This document shows positions 9,217 to 18,160 of a stretch of DNA of 64,000 nucleotides, one piece after another; within the stretch, counting starts at the first letter, position 1, and each line of letters opens with the position of its first letter. This DNA is from Clostridia bacterium (GTDB lineage Bacteria > Bacillota > Clostridia > Christensenellales > UBA1242). The stretch covers positions 130,103 to 194,102 of the forward strand of contig JAZTWI010000001.1 in assembly GCA_045635805.1 (NCBI GenBank), written 5' to 3'. Below the pieces are notes generated by a model, which saw nothing but the letters and a program-made list of their open reading frames with translations, was not told the origin of the DNA and searched no databases. Both the position numbers and the translations under genes were made by a program.

Positions 9217-9777
9217 ATGGCAGATAGAGAAATTGAATTAAAATTTAAAATAGACGAAAAAGTAAAGAAAGAAATAATGGCTTTCTTAAGTGGTGTGGCA
9301 ACTAAAACAGTTAGTCTTCATCAGGTAGACACATACTATATACCATTTTTTAAGAATTTTGAAGTAGATGGTAAGACTAGAGAGTGTGTGAGAATTAGAG
9401 AAGAAGGCGAAAAATTAATCTTAGGATACAAAAAGATTCATTACGAAGCAGACCCTGTATATTGCGATGAGTTTGAGACCATAATTGATTCAAAAGACGC
9501 TATGGAGAAAATTCTCTTTGCTCTAGGTTTTGAAGTACAGATGGTTATTGATAAGGAAAGAGAGTCTTATTTTCACGCAGAACTAGAGTTTGACTTTGAT
9601 ACTGTTAAAGGGCTAGGCGACTTTATGGAAGTAGAAGTGAAGGGTGAAGATGCTACCCTAGATAAAATATTTGCCTTTGTAGAGCCATATGGTCTAACAA
9701 AAGACGATGTTATATACGACGGTATACAGAAATTAATGAAAGAAGCAATGCAAAAGAAGGAATATAATGAAGATTAA
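9217..9777 (+). CDS. CYTH-domain protein (CyaB/ThTPase-like triphosphate tunnel metalloenzyme)
   Basis: N-terminal EIELKF (ExExK signature) and a size typical of class IV adenylate cyclase/CYTH proteins. Confidence 0.7.
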   Translation: MADREIELKFKIDEKVKKEIMAFLSGVATKTVSLHQVDTYYIPFFKNFEVDGKTRECVRIREEGEKLILGYKKIHYEADPVYCDEFETIIDSKDAMEKILFALGFEVQMVIDKERESYFHAELEFDFDTVKGLGDFMEVEVKGEDATLDKIFAFVEPYGLTKDDVIYDGIQKLMKEAMQKKEYNED

Positions 9778-10333
9778 AGAAAACGATATTTTCGAAGGGG
9801 AAAGATTATACTTAAGAATACCAACTTTAGCAGATGAAACCCTGGTTATGGACTTTAGACAGGAGTTTATAGAGCAAAATAGTTATTTTGCAGGAGTTAA
9901 TAGTCTAGCTGACTACGATAGCTATGAGCAGTGGCTAGAGCACGTGCAGAAAAATTCAGACAAGAAAACTCTTGCACCAGACAGGTGTCAAGACACACAG
10001 TTCTTAACTTTTGAGAAAGAAACAAATAGACTAGTTGGTATGATAGATATTAGACACACCCTTAATGAATATTTACTAAAGTTTGGTGGGCATATAGGTG
10101 ACTGCATTAGACCTAGTGATAGGGGCAAAGGCTATGCGACTGAGCAGATTAGTATAGCACTTAAAGTGTGTAAAAAACTAAATATTGATAGAGTTCTCCT
10201 TACTTGTGATGAGAATAATCTTGCTTCGGCTAAAACCATTGAGAAAAATGGTGGTGTTTACGAAAATTCATTAAGAAGAGATGAAAAGGTCTACAAAAGA
10301 TATTGGATAGACACTACTAAAATAACAGAATAA
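9767..10333 (+). CDS. GNAT family N-acetyltransferase
   Basis: RGKGYATE acetyl-CoA-binding-type motif with GNAT size and layout. The gene overlaps the CYTH gene by 11 nt. Confidence 0.65.
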   Translation: MKIKENDIFEGERLYLRIPTLADETLVMDFRQEFIEQNSYFAGVNSLADYDSYEQWLEHVQKNSDKKTLAPDRCQDTQFLTFEKETNRLVGMIDIRHTLNEYLLKFGGHIGDCIRPSDRGKGYATEQISIALKVCKKLNIDRVLLTCDENNLASAKTIEKNGGVYENSLRRDEKVYKRYWIDTTKITE

Positions 10334-10336
10334 AAA

Positions 10337-10364
10337 AGGGCTACTATATATGTAGCCTTTTTTA
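10337..10364 (+). terminator. Intrinsic terminator
   Basis: Stem GGCTAC/GTAGCC, 7-nt loop, T run. Confidence 0.55.
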
Positions 10365-10581
10365 TTATTAACAATACACAATATCTTCTTGTACTTGGTT
10401 TGCATTGAAAAATTCATTACAAATTTAAGTGTTTTACTGATATAAAAAATGTAAGCATTTTGAAGACTAAAATCACCATTTTTAGCCAACTTTTTTATGC
10501 TAAAATTATTCTCAAATTATCTCTAAATATAGAGCAAATATCACTTTTAGAAAAATTAAAAAATTTTATTTAAAAAAGGGG

Positions 10582-10610
10582 TTGACATTGTAAAAATATA
10601 TTGCTAATAT
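10582..10610 (+). promoter_or_regulatory. Sigma-A-type promoter for mgtE
   Basis: TTGACA, 17 nt spacer, TAATAT. Confidence 0.5.
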
Positions 10611-10618
10611 AAAAGCAG

Positions 10619-10657
10619 AAAAGAGATGGAGATAAAAGTACATTTCTTTTTTTATTT
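10619..10657 (+). promoter_or_regulatory. AU-rich terminator-like hairpin in the mgtE 5' leader (possible attenuator)
   Basis: Stem AAAAGAGATG/CATTTCTTTT (10 bp with one G-U), 12-nt loop, then TTTATTT. Confidence 0.25.
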
Positions 10658-10707
10658 AAGCAAAAATGGAGAGACGGAAATATAATAGTTAAAGGAGGGA
10701 TTTTATA

Positions 10708-12069
10708 ATGTACGACGAAATGTTAGAAAAGATTGAACAAAAACAATATAAATCTATAAAAGAAAGTCTACTAGAGATGCACGTGCAAGATATAGCAGAC
10801 TTGTTAGAAGAGATAGAATCCCCGAGTGACTTGATTAAAGTATTTAGATTGCTACCAAAGGACTGTGGTGCAGAAGTATTTAGTTATGTAGAGAGTGATA
10901 TTCAGGAAAAAATCGTATCAGCTTTGTCAGATAAAGAGCTTTCTTATATTATCGAAGAAATGTACATTGACGACGCTGTAGACTTTATGGAAGAGATGCC
11001 AGGAAATGTAGTTGAGAGAGTTTTAAGGGCGTCAAATAAAGAAACTAGGCTCACAATCAATAAATACTTAGGTTATAAGGAAGAAACAGCTGGTTCAATT
11101 ATGACACCAGAGTTTATTGACCTAAAGGAAAATACTACAGTTGCTACTTGCTTAAAGAGAATTAAGAAATTAGGTGAGAATGTAGAAACCATCAACGTTA
11201 TGTATATAACAGACCAGGCTAGAGTGTTAAAGGGTGTTGTTACCATTAGAGAAATCTTAATGGCAGAAGAAGATGATAAGATAGGTGATATTATGAATGA
11301 TAATGTTATCTATGCAGAGACATCTACTGACCAAGAAGAAATCGCTAGAATATTCAAACAATACGACTTTATTGCTTTACCTATCGTAGATAAAGAAAAA
11401 AGGCTAGTAGGTATCGTAACAGTCGATGATATCGTGACCGTTATCGAAGAAGAAGCGACAGAAGATATTTCTAAGATTGCCGGTGCTGCACCTAGTGAAA
11501 AGCCTTATTTAAAGACTAGTTCTTTTACTCTATGGGTAAATAGAATTCCTTGGTTAATATTCTTGCTACTATCTGCAACATTTACAGGACTAATTATTAG
11601 CAAAAACGAAGCAATACTATCAACAGGACTATATGGAATTCTGCTCACTGCTTGTATGCCAATGATAATGGGAACAGGTGGTAATGCAGGTGGTCAGGCA
11701 TCTGCTACTATCATAAGAGGTATTGCCTTAAATGAGATAGAATTTAGAGATACCCTAAAAGTAATGTGGAAGGAATTTAAAGTAAGTCTACTTATCGGTG
11801 GTTCTCTAGCAGTACTATGCTTTGGTAAAATAATGTTACTAGATGGATTACTATTTAAGACAGAAGGTGTAACTGCAATATCTGCACTAGTTATTTCTCT
11901 ATCAATGTTTGTTACAATCATTCTCTCTAAATTAGTTGGTTGTGTACTACCATTACTTGCAAAGAAATGTCATCTAGACCCAGCAGTTGTTGCAAATCCA
12001 TTTATTACAACATTTATTGATATTTTATCACTTCTAATTTATTGCAATCTAGCAATAGCATTACTATAA
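10708..12069 (+). CDS. mgtE: Magnesium transporter MgtE
   Basis: MgtE N-domain, then a CBS pair, then the C-terminal TM domain with GTGGNAGGQ. Confidence 0.9.
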   Translation: MYDEMLEKIEQKQYKSIKESLLEMHVQDIADLLEEIESPSDLIKVFRLLPKDCGAEVFSYVESDIQEKIVSALSDKELSYIIEEMYIDDAVDFMEEMPGNVVERVLRASNKETRLTINKYLGYKEETAGSIMTPEFIDLKENTTVATCLKRIKKLGENVETINVMYITDQARVLKGVVTIREILMAEEDDKIGDIMNDNVIYAETSTDQEEIARIFKQYDFIALPIVDKEKRLVGIVTVDDIVTVIEEEATEDISKIAGAAPSEKPYLKTSSFTLWVNRIPWLIFLLLSATFTGLIISKNEAILSTGLYGILLTACMPMIMGTGGNAGGQASATIIRGIALNEIEFRDTLKVMWKEFKVSLLIGGSLAVLCFGKIMLLDGLLFKTEGVTAISALVISLSMFVTIILSKLVGCVLPLLAKKCHLDPAVVANPFITTFIDILSLLIYCNLAIALL

Positions 12070-12075
12070 AAAATA

Positions 12076-12123
12076 ACTAGTAGATTATGGCTACTTATAG
12101 CCAATTTCTACTAGTTTTTTTTT
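12076..12123. terminator. Bidirectional terminator between convergent genes
   Basis: Outer stem ACTAGTAGA/TCTACTAGT (9 bp) enclosing an inner TGGCTA/TAGCCA hairpin, followed by a T run. Confidence 0.55.
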
Positions 12124-12146
12124 GTTGTCTAAGATTATGCAATTAT

Positions 12147-12710
12147 TTAAAATAAAATCTTCATAATGCTATCGTATTTGTCTTTGTACATTTCTTGAGT
12201 TTCTTTACTCATTTTTGCGTAGCTTTTCTTTATTTTCTTTTTCACAAATTCGTTACACTGATTTATATCTTCGCCTAGGTATGCTCTCCAGCATATTAAC
12301 TCCACAACATTATCTAGGTGGCTAATAGCGTCTGCGTCTGCTACACATATCTCTTCGATTGTGAATTTTTCTCTAACTACCGATGCTCTATGATTTACTA
12401 TACATGCCTTCACTCTATCTATAAAACTTTGGTCAAAGCCGTCTTGGTGAAGTATTCCTTCAGCAAGTTCAGCTCCTAGTATATGGTGGTTTTCTCTATT
12501 TGCAAAGTCTAGAAGGTCAGCGTAGTCGTGGAAAATTGCTGCGACTTCGACGATATCTCTATCTGCTCCATATTTCTCTGCTAGCATAACCGACGCCTTG
12601 ATTACAGGCAGGATATGATAATTCCAAGTTTGACCGATATTACAGTTCTGTGATTCATCGAATCTCTCGGCTTGTTTTTTTATTAAGTCATAATATTTTT
12701 TGTATTTCAT
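12147..12710 (-). CDS. HD-domain phosphohydrolase
   Basis: HD motif IFHDYADL with additional His residues (HHILG). The listed start (12764) runs into the tRNA gene, so ATG 12710 (MKYKKYY...) is used. Confidence 0.7.
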   Translation of the reverse strand: MKYKKYYDLIKKQAERFDESQNCNIGQTWNYHILPVIKASVMLAEKYGADRDIVEVAAIFHDYADLLDFANRENHHILGAELAEGILHQDGFDQSFIDRVKACIVNHRASVVREKFTIEEICVADADAISHLDNVVELICWRAYLGEDINQCNEFVKKKIKKSYAKMSKETQEMYKDKYDSIMKILF

Positions 12711-12736
12711 ACGCTTTTCTCTTTCAATGTAATATG

Positions 12737-12811
12737 TGGAGCTGATGGTGGGATTCGAACCCACGACCTATGCATTACGAGTGCATTGCTCTACCCCTGA
12801 GCCACATCAGC
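12737..12811 (-). tRNA. tRNA-Thr (anticodon CGU)
   Basis: The reverse complement folds as a cloverleaf. Acceptor is GCTGATG/CATCAGC, anticodon stem ATGCA/TGCAT, loop CTCGTAA, T arm GTGGG-TTCGAAT-CCCAC, and CCA is encoded. Confidence 0.9.
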
Positions 12812-12821
12812 AAGTATGATT

Positions 12822-12850
12822 ATATTACCACAAATTTACCTATTTGTAAA
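12822..12850 (-). promoter_or_regulatory. Promoter for tRNA-Thr (and probably the downstream HD gene)
   Basis: On the minus strand: TTTACA, 17 nt spacer, TGgTAATAT. The -10 ends about 10 nt before the tRNA 5' end. Confidence 0.5.
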
Positions 12851-12933
12851 AGCAAAAGGTTTGTTTTTGGGTAAAGTATGATTGATTATGCTTTTTCTTT
12901 TGTTATTTTGATGAATTCATAATATATTTTTGT

Positions 12934-12962
12934 TTGACTAAAATCGGCATATTTACTAAAAT
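12934..12962 (+). promoter_or_regulatory. Sigma-A-type promoter for the lipoprotein gene
   Basis: TTGACT, 17 nt spacer, TAAAAT. Confidence 0.5.
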
Positions 12963-12973
12963 TAGTATATAGT

Positions 12974-12992
12974 TTAAGATATACTATCTTAA
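12974..12992. promoter_or_regulatory. 19-bp palindrome (possible operator or 5'UTR hairpin)
   Basis: TTAAGATA-tac-TATCTTAA, with perfect 8-bp arms, lying between the promoter and the start codon. Confidence 0.3.
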
Positions 12993-13039
12993 GTGATTAA
13001 AGTTTGTTAATCTACAAATACTATAGATAGGTAGGTATT

Positions 13040-15544
13040 ATGAAAAATTTTTGGAAAAAAATGTTTGCAGGAGCATTACTGACTACAATGGTAGCCGGTT
13101 TTTCTGGCTGTGGTAAAGATAAGGACAATAATATCTCTGTCGACCTAGATGGAGACGGAGCAATCGCTGAGTGGGAGACTGTCTTTGAAGCAGCAGATGC
13201 ATCTGATAGACTTGTTAATAAAAAGACCGTAGTGAATATTGCGAGTCTTGCTGACCTAAAGGCTATTAATGGCAAGGCTGTAGATACTGCTTATGTACTA
13301 ACTAAGAATATTGACTGTGGTGGAGAAACACTATCTATCAATATCGGTGCTAGTAACTACCTATATGGCAATAATAGAATTATTAGAAACTTTAAACTAG
13401 GCGAAGCTAAAATGTCTGAATCTGCAGAAGACGGAGTAATCGATAATGGTATTAGAGAATATCTAAATGGTTCTGCACAGGTTTCTGTTAATTGTCTATT
13501 CTATAATGCAGGTGCTATATACGACCTTAGATTATTTATGGGCAAACAAACATTTGCACCAAAGAACGATACAACATCTATGGATGTATCTGCAATCAAT
13601 AGCGCTAGGTTTGTTGATAATGTTATTATCAAAGGCGCAATCAATGTTAAACCAAATATTGATGATGCTATCAAAAAATATAATCTTGCACTTGCAGTTG
13701 TTGACCATAGCGAAGAAAAGATAGAGATTACTAATGTTGAGACTCAGGGTAAAATCTCTTATGAAGATGGTGATGCTAATAGGGTTAATTCCGATGGCTT
13801 ACAGATTGCAGCTATAATTCCATCCCTTTCTGCAGGTTCTACGGTATACAATGCAACAGCTAAGACTAGCATCAGCATCAACTCAAATGCTAAAATGTCT
13901 GTTGGTGGTATTACTGCTATCAATAATGGATTTGTAACTACATCTACATCTAGTGGAGATATGTCACTAGTATACAAGGAATCATCAAACCTTGTTTGCG
14001 GTGGTATTGTTGGTGCTAATGAACAATTAGCAGAAGTTAAGAATTGTACTTCTTCTGGTAAAATTGATTTTACTAGTAATAGAGACTTTGAAGTAAATGA
14101 TACACTTAGAACTCAGGCTAGAGTGGGTGGTATTGTTGGTAAGAATACTGCTGGTGTTATTGATTACTGTACTAGTGATGCTGAGATGATTGGAAAAAAT
14201 CTAACAACTCTATATATCGGTGGTGTATGTGGAGAGTCTAGTAGGGGTATATTTAATAATCTTGTATCTAGGGGAAGTATTTCTCTTACTAATATAGATG
14301 GTTTAACTATGGCAAATCTAGTAGGTAAGATGACGTATGGTACAGTAGAGAAGGCAATAGTTCTTACAAATATCTCTCTTGACAACTCTGCTCATAATTT
14401 CTCAAAAGTCAGACTAGGTATGGTAACTGTATTTGAAGAAGGTAGTATGACTAGCTTTACAGAACAGGCTGAAGAAGAAGGTGGAGAAGATATAGTAACA
14501 CACTTCTATGATATGGCTACAGGAGAGCAGAAGGCACCAGAATTTGGATACATACTAGTTGGTGGCACTAACTCAGTATATATGAAGGCTGAGAGTGAAG
14601 GTAGAAACGATTTTGAATACAATCTAGGACTCAGAAATAAGCTTCTATACAAGTCAGAAGATGAGTTTGGAGCAGAGTCTCTAGCTAGTTATATTCCACA
14701 AATGCAGATGTTCCATAGTCTATATTATCTATCCAATTATCAGGTTAAGAAATACGAGCCTGTAGATGGTGTAAAAACTGATATGAATATACCTTTATCT
14801 TATCCTGTAAATGCAGGTTCTGATAGGGTTAGAGTTGTTGCAGATAGTATTGTGTATAATCCAGAGTGGTTTGCAAAGACTCTATGCTTTAATTACGGAG
14901 CAAACCATAACGAAATATATGTTGGTGGAGTTAATGTACAGGATAGAGACAATTCTCTAAAGACTGTGAAGTTTACAATTAATTCAGATTATGCAAAGAC
15001 TAGGTATTTTGAGAATTCTCAATATAATGAAGAGTTAGCAAGATTTGATAGTAAATTTGAAACTGTATCAACAGATACTAGTGGCAATTATAATACAAAC
15101 GATGAATTATTCAGTTTCTTAAATTACCTAATGGGGACAACTCTTAGTTCAATCGAGAACCAAGGTCAAGCCGGTGGTAGATATATGTCTGTACTAATCA
15201 ATAGAGCGTTCTTTGCTGGACAAGTTATGGTAGAAGGCGATGAAGGTGCAGAAGTTGTAGAGATGTATGCAGTACCACTATTTGTTGATAGAGTATCAAA
15301 AGCACTAACACAGATGAACTGTGTTGTAGAGACTAAATATTTTGCTTTAGGTGGTATGGAGTGCTCATCTGAGAACGAAGACTTATTTAGAGTAAGAGTT
15401 TCTGCGTCTAGTGGTAGAAGTAGTTTTGTATTTAACTTTGATGTCAGGGAGTTTGTAAATAAAACACCTGTGACTGATGAATTAGGAGAAAACTATTATC
15501 TAATCAATATTAAATATATGAAAAATACTAGTACTATAGTATAA
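13040..15544 (+). CDS. Large secreted lipoprotein with GLUG-type repeats
   Basis: Signal peptide with lipobox FSGC. Recurring GG(I/V)(V/C)G motifs (GGITA, GGIVGAN, GGIVGKN, GGVCGE) are typical of GLUG repeats. Confidence 0.6.
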   Translation: MKNFWKKMFAGALLTTMVAGFSGCGKDKDNNISVDLDGDGAIAEWETVFEAADASDRLVNKKTVVNIASLADLKAINGKAVDTAYVLTKNIDCGGETLSINIGASNYLYGNNRIIRNFKLGEAKMSESAEDGVIDNGIREYLNGSAQVSVNCLFYNAGAIYDLRLFMGKQTFAPKNDTTSMDVSAINSARFVDNVIIKGAINVKPNIDDAIKKYNLALAVVDHSEEKIEITNVETQGKISYEDGDANRVNSDGLQIAAIIPSLSAGSTVYNATAKTSISINSNAKMSVGGITAINNGFVTTSTSSGDMSLVYKESSNLVCGGIVGANEQLAEVKNCTSSGKIDFTSNRDFEVNDTLRTQARVGGIVGKNTAGVIDYCTSDAEMIGKNLTTLYIGGVCGESSRGIFNNLVSRGSISLTNIDGLTMANLVGKMTYGTVEKAIVLTNISLDNSAHNFSKVRLGMVTVFEEGSMTSFTEQAEEEGGEDIVTHFYDMATGEQKAPEFGYILVGGTNSVYMKAESEGRNDFEYNLGLRNKLLYKSEDEFGAESLASYIPQMQMFHSLYYLSNYQVKKYEPVDGVKTDMNIPLSYPVNAGSDRVRVVADSIVYNPEWFAKTLCFNYGANHNEIYVGGVNVQDRDNSLKTVKFTINSDYAKTRYFENSQYNEELARFDSKFETVSTDTSGNYNTNDELFSFLNYLMGTTLSSIENQGQAGGRYMSVLINRAFFAGQVMVEGDEGAEVVEMYAVPLFVDRVSKALTQMNCVVETKYFALGGMECSSENEDLFRVRVSASSGRSSFVFNFDVREFVNKTPVTDELGENYYLINIKYMKNTSTIV

Positions 15545-15557
15545 GTATTAAATTTTT

Positions 15558-15583
15558 AAAGTGGCATTATCGCCACTTTTTTT
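15558..15583 (+). terminator. Intrinsic terminator
   Basis: Stem GTGGC/GCCAC, 6-nt loop, T7 run. Confidence 0.6.
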
Positions 15584-15586
15584 GTA

Positions 15587-15616
15587 TTGACAAAATACCA
15601 CTTTTAGGACTATACT
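15587..15616 (+). promoter_or_regulatory. Promoter for the small-ORF/uvrC operon
   Basis: TTGACA, 18 nt spacer, TATACT. Confidence 0.45.
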
Positions 15617-15639
15617 AGTATTGTAATGGAGTATAGAAA

Positions 15640-15822
15640 ATGAACGAAAGAGAAATGATGAAACTAGCCGAAACCCTAGACGAATTTTCTATGTCAGATT
15701 ATACAGTTGCAGAACTAGAGCAAATGTCTAATAAGGGTGCTAGTTATAGTAAGTACAAAGAGAAGTATTTTGAATACTATGATGACGTAAAAGATAAAAC
15801 ATTAAAGAAACAGGATTGGTAA
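15640..15822 (+). CDS. Hypothetical 60-aa acidic/lysine-rich protein
   Basis: ORF with RBS GGAG upstream. It is the first gene of an operon ending in uvrC. I recognise no family. Confidence 0.45.
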   Translation: MNEREMMKLAETLDEFSMSDYTVAELEQMSNKGASYSKYKEKYFEYYDDVKDKTLKKQDW

Positions 15823-15827
15823 AGAGT

Positions 15828-16319
15828 ATGGCAGATTTTACTAACGGAATAGAAGAATTAATTAGAGATGATTTAGCAGTATTTTCGCATTTGACTCCTA
15901 AGAGAAAGGCAAGTGTTATTTTGCAGGATTACAAAACTAGTTATTATAATAGTAATAAGAGTGCTAAGGCAAAGACCGAAGAAGAGAGAGATGCTTATCA
16001 ATTCCATAGAATGAGATTCTATACAAAGGCACAAAGGGAACTCTCTATGCTTACTCCTGATGAGATGCCTGTATACCTACAAACTCTTGAGAGAGAAATG
16101 AGTAAAGATTTGTCTAGTAAATTAGATTATGGTAAATTATTAGAAAAATACACTCTATATAATTCAGCAACATTTATGTTAAGAGAGCAGGAAAAAGATG
16201 GCAAAATCACACCACCTGCTATTCAAGTAGAAGGTGTGTCTGCAACTGCACTACATAGAGTTGTAAGCATTCTAGAGAGTTTAAGAGATAAGGTATACAA
16301 TATCGGTTTAGAAAAATAA
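15828..16319 (+). CDS. Hypothetical protein (about 163 aa; alternative TTG start at 15816)
   Basis: The ORF overlaps or abuts the preceding ORF, and its stop codon directly abuts the uvrC ATG. I recognise no family. Confidence 0.5.
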   Translation: MADFTNGIEELIRDDLAVFSHLTPKRKASVILQDYKTSYYNSNKSAKAKTEEERDAYQFHRMRFYTKAQRELSMLTPDEMPVYLQTLEREMSKDLSSKLDYGKLLEKYTLYNSATFMLREQEKDGKITPPAIQVEGVSATALHRVVSILESLRDKVYNIGLEK

Positions 16320-18128
16320 ATGAGAGAAGAAATTTTACAGCGTATAAAGGAGAAAGTACATTCTCTGCCTAACTTACCAGGTGTATATAAGATGCTAGAT
16401 ATATATGGCAATATTATATATATAGGTAAGGCAAAAATATTGAAGAACAGAGTTTCTTCTTATTTTTTAAACACTGTAAAACACCCAAAGGTTCAACAAA
16501 TGGTGGAGCAGGTGTATGACTTTGAATATATTATCACGCCTAGCGAATTAGAAGCCCTAAACCTAGAGAGTAATCTAATTCATAAACACCAGCCTTTTTA
16601 TAATATTCTTCTAAAAGATGGCAAGGCTTTTCCTTATATAAAGATTAATTATAAAGATGATTATCCTGTGGCAACTATTACTAGAAAAGTATTAAACGAT
16701 GGAGCTATGTACTTCGGTCCATACTTTAATAAGATTAATGCTACTACCCTTATGAATATTATCAATAATACCTATAAACTAAGGGATTGTGTAAGATTTA
16801 GAAATGGTAATGGTAGAGAGTGTCTAAATTACCATATTAATAATTGTCTAGCACCTTGTACGTGTAGGTGCACTAAAGGTGAGTATAGGGCAGAAGTTGA
16901 TGCTGTTATAGACTTTCTAAAAGGTAATTTAGATGTTGCTAAATCTAGACTGAATGAGAAGATGCTAAAGTATGCCGAAATGGAAATGTTTGAGAAAGCA
17001 ATAGAGATTAGAGATAATATCTCTGCCATAGATAATATTGCAGACAAGAATATAGCAGGGCTAAATAAGAATACCGATATAGATATCTTTGGCTTTGCAG
17101 AAAATGGCTATACAGCAGTTGTATCGGTTGCTAGTATCAGGGGCAATAAAATGATAGGCTTCAATAACTATTCGGTTATAGATGCTAGTAATGAGCCAAT
17201 GGATATATTATGTAATTTTATTACTCAGTACTATATGCTGAATAAAGTTGTGCCTAAAAACATAGTTGTTAAGGGTATGGATATAGCGTTTAATGAGTGG
17301 ATAAATAACTTTTCAGGAAGGAAGATAAATGTTTTGCAAGGTGGTAATGGTATTTATTTAAGACTACTCAAAATGGCTAATGACAATGCAAGTGAATTTT
17401 TGAGTAAATCTATAGAAAAAGATAAAATGTACGAACTAAAGACTATGGGTGCTATGAAAACCTTGCAAAAGGTAATGAAACTAGACTCTCTACCTAGAAG
17501 AATAGAAGGTTATGATATTAGTAACCTAGGTGGTACTAATACCGTTGCTAGTATGGTAGTTTTTATAAATGGCGTACCAGCAAAGAAACATTATCGTAAA
17601 TTTAAAATAGATATTGTCGGACAAAATGACTTTAGAAATATGAACGAAGTGTTATCTAGAAGGCTAAATGAATATAAGAAGGGTACAGATATGAGTTTTT
17701 CGTGTCTACCTGACCTAATGCTTATAGATGGCGGCCCTGTGCAGTTGGAGTTTGCGCATAATGCACTTACTGCTAGTGGTGTAAATGTAGATATGATATC
17801 TCTAGCTAAAAGGGAAGAAGAAGTATATCTGGTAGATGGCAGTAAGGTGGTGCTTAGTAGAGACAACTTTGCTCTTAAATTACTACAGGCAGTTAGAGAT
17901 GAGAGTCATAGGTTTGCTATCACTTTCCAAAAATCATTAAGGCAGAAAAAAGCTGTTACTAGTGAACTTGAAAGTATTGAACTACTAGGCAAGGCAAAGG
18001 TAAATGACTTATTCAAAAAATTTAAAAGTATAGATAAAATTAAATTGGCTAGTTTGGAAGAACTGAAGTCTGTAAAAGGAATAGGGGATAAACTAGCAGA
18101 TAATATATATAATTACTTTCATAAATAA
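16320..18128 (+). CDS. uvrC: Excinuclease ABC subunit C
   Basis: GIY-YIG N-terminus (GVYKM...YIGKAK), a UvrB-interaction region, an endonuclease V-like domain and a C-terminal HhH2 domain. Confidence 0.95.
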   Translation: MREEILQRIKEKVHSLPNLPGVYKMLDIYGNIIYIGKAKILKNRVSSYFLNTVKHPKVQQMVEQVYDFEYIITPSELEALNLESNLIHKHQPFYNILLKDGKAFPYIKINYKDDYPVATITRKVLNDGAMYFGPYFNKINATTLMNIINNTYKLRDCVRFRNGNGRECLNYHINNCLAPCTCRCTKGEYRAEVDAVIDFLKGNLDVAKSRLNEKMLKYAEMEMFEKAIEIRDNISAIDNIADKNIAGLNKNTDIDIFGFAENGYTAVVSVASIRGNKMIGFNNYSVIDASNEPMDILCNFITQYYMLNKVVPKNIVVKGMDIAFNEWINNFSGRKINVLQGGNGIYLRLLKMANDNASEFLSKSIEKDKMYELKTMGAMKTLQKVMKLDSLPRRIEGYDISNLGGTNTVASMVVFINGVPAKKHYRKFKIDIVGQNDFRNMNEVLSRRLNEYKKGTDMSFSCLPDLMLIDGGPVQLEFAHNALTASGVNVDMISLAKREEEVYLVDGSKVVLSRDNFALKLLQAVRDESHRFAITFQKSLRQKKAVTSELESIELLGKAKVNDLFKKFKSIDKIKLASLEELKSVKGIGDKLADNIYNYFHK

Positions 18129-18160
18129 AATACTTGAGAAATAATCTCAAGTATTTTTTT
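18127..18160. terminator. Bidirectional terminator between uvrC and glmS
   Basis: Stem ATACTTGAG/CTCAAGTAT (9 bp), 7-nt loop, with A and T runs on both sides. Confidence 0.65.

Noticed and set aside
12711-12764. N-terminal extension of the HD-domain ORF (listed start 12764)
   Set aside because: The extension is the reverse-strand reading of the tRNA-Thr gene body. The internal ATG at 12710 gives a sensible N-terminus.
13040-15544. Diversity-generating retroelement or phase-variable repeats in the GLUG lipoprotein
   Set aside because: The window contains no reverse transcriptase, no template/variable repeat pair, and no homopolymer or short tandem repeat tract in or upstream of the gene.
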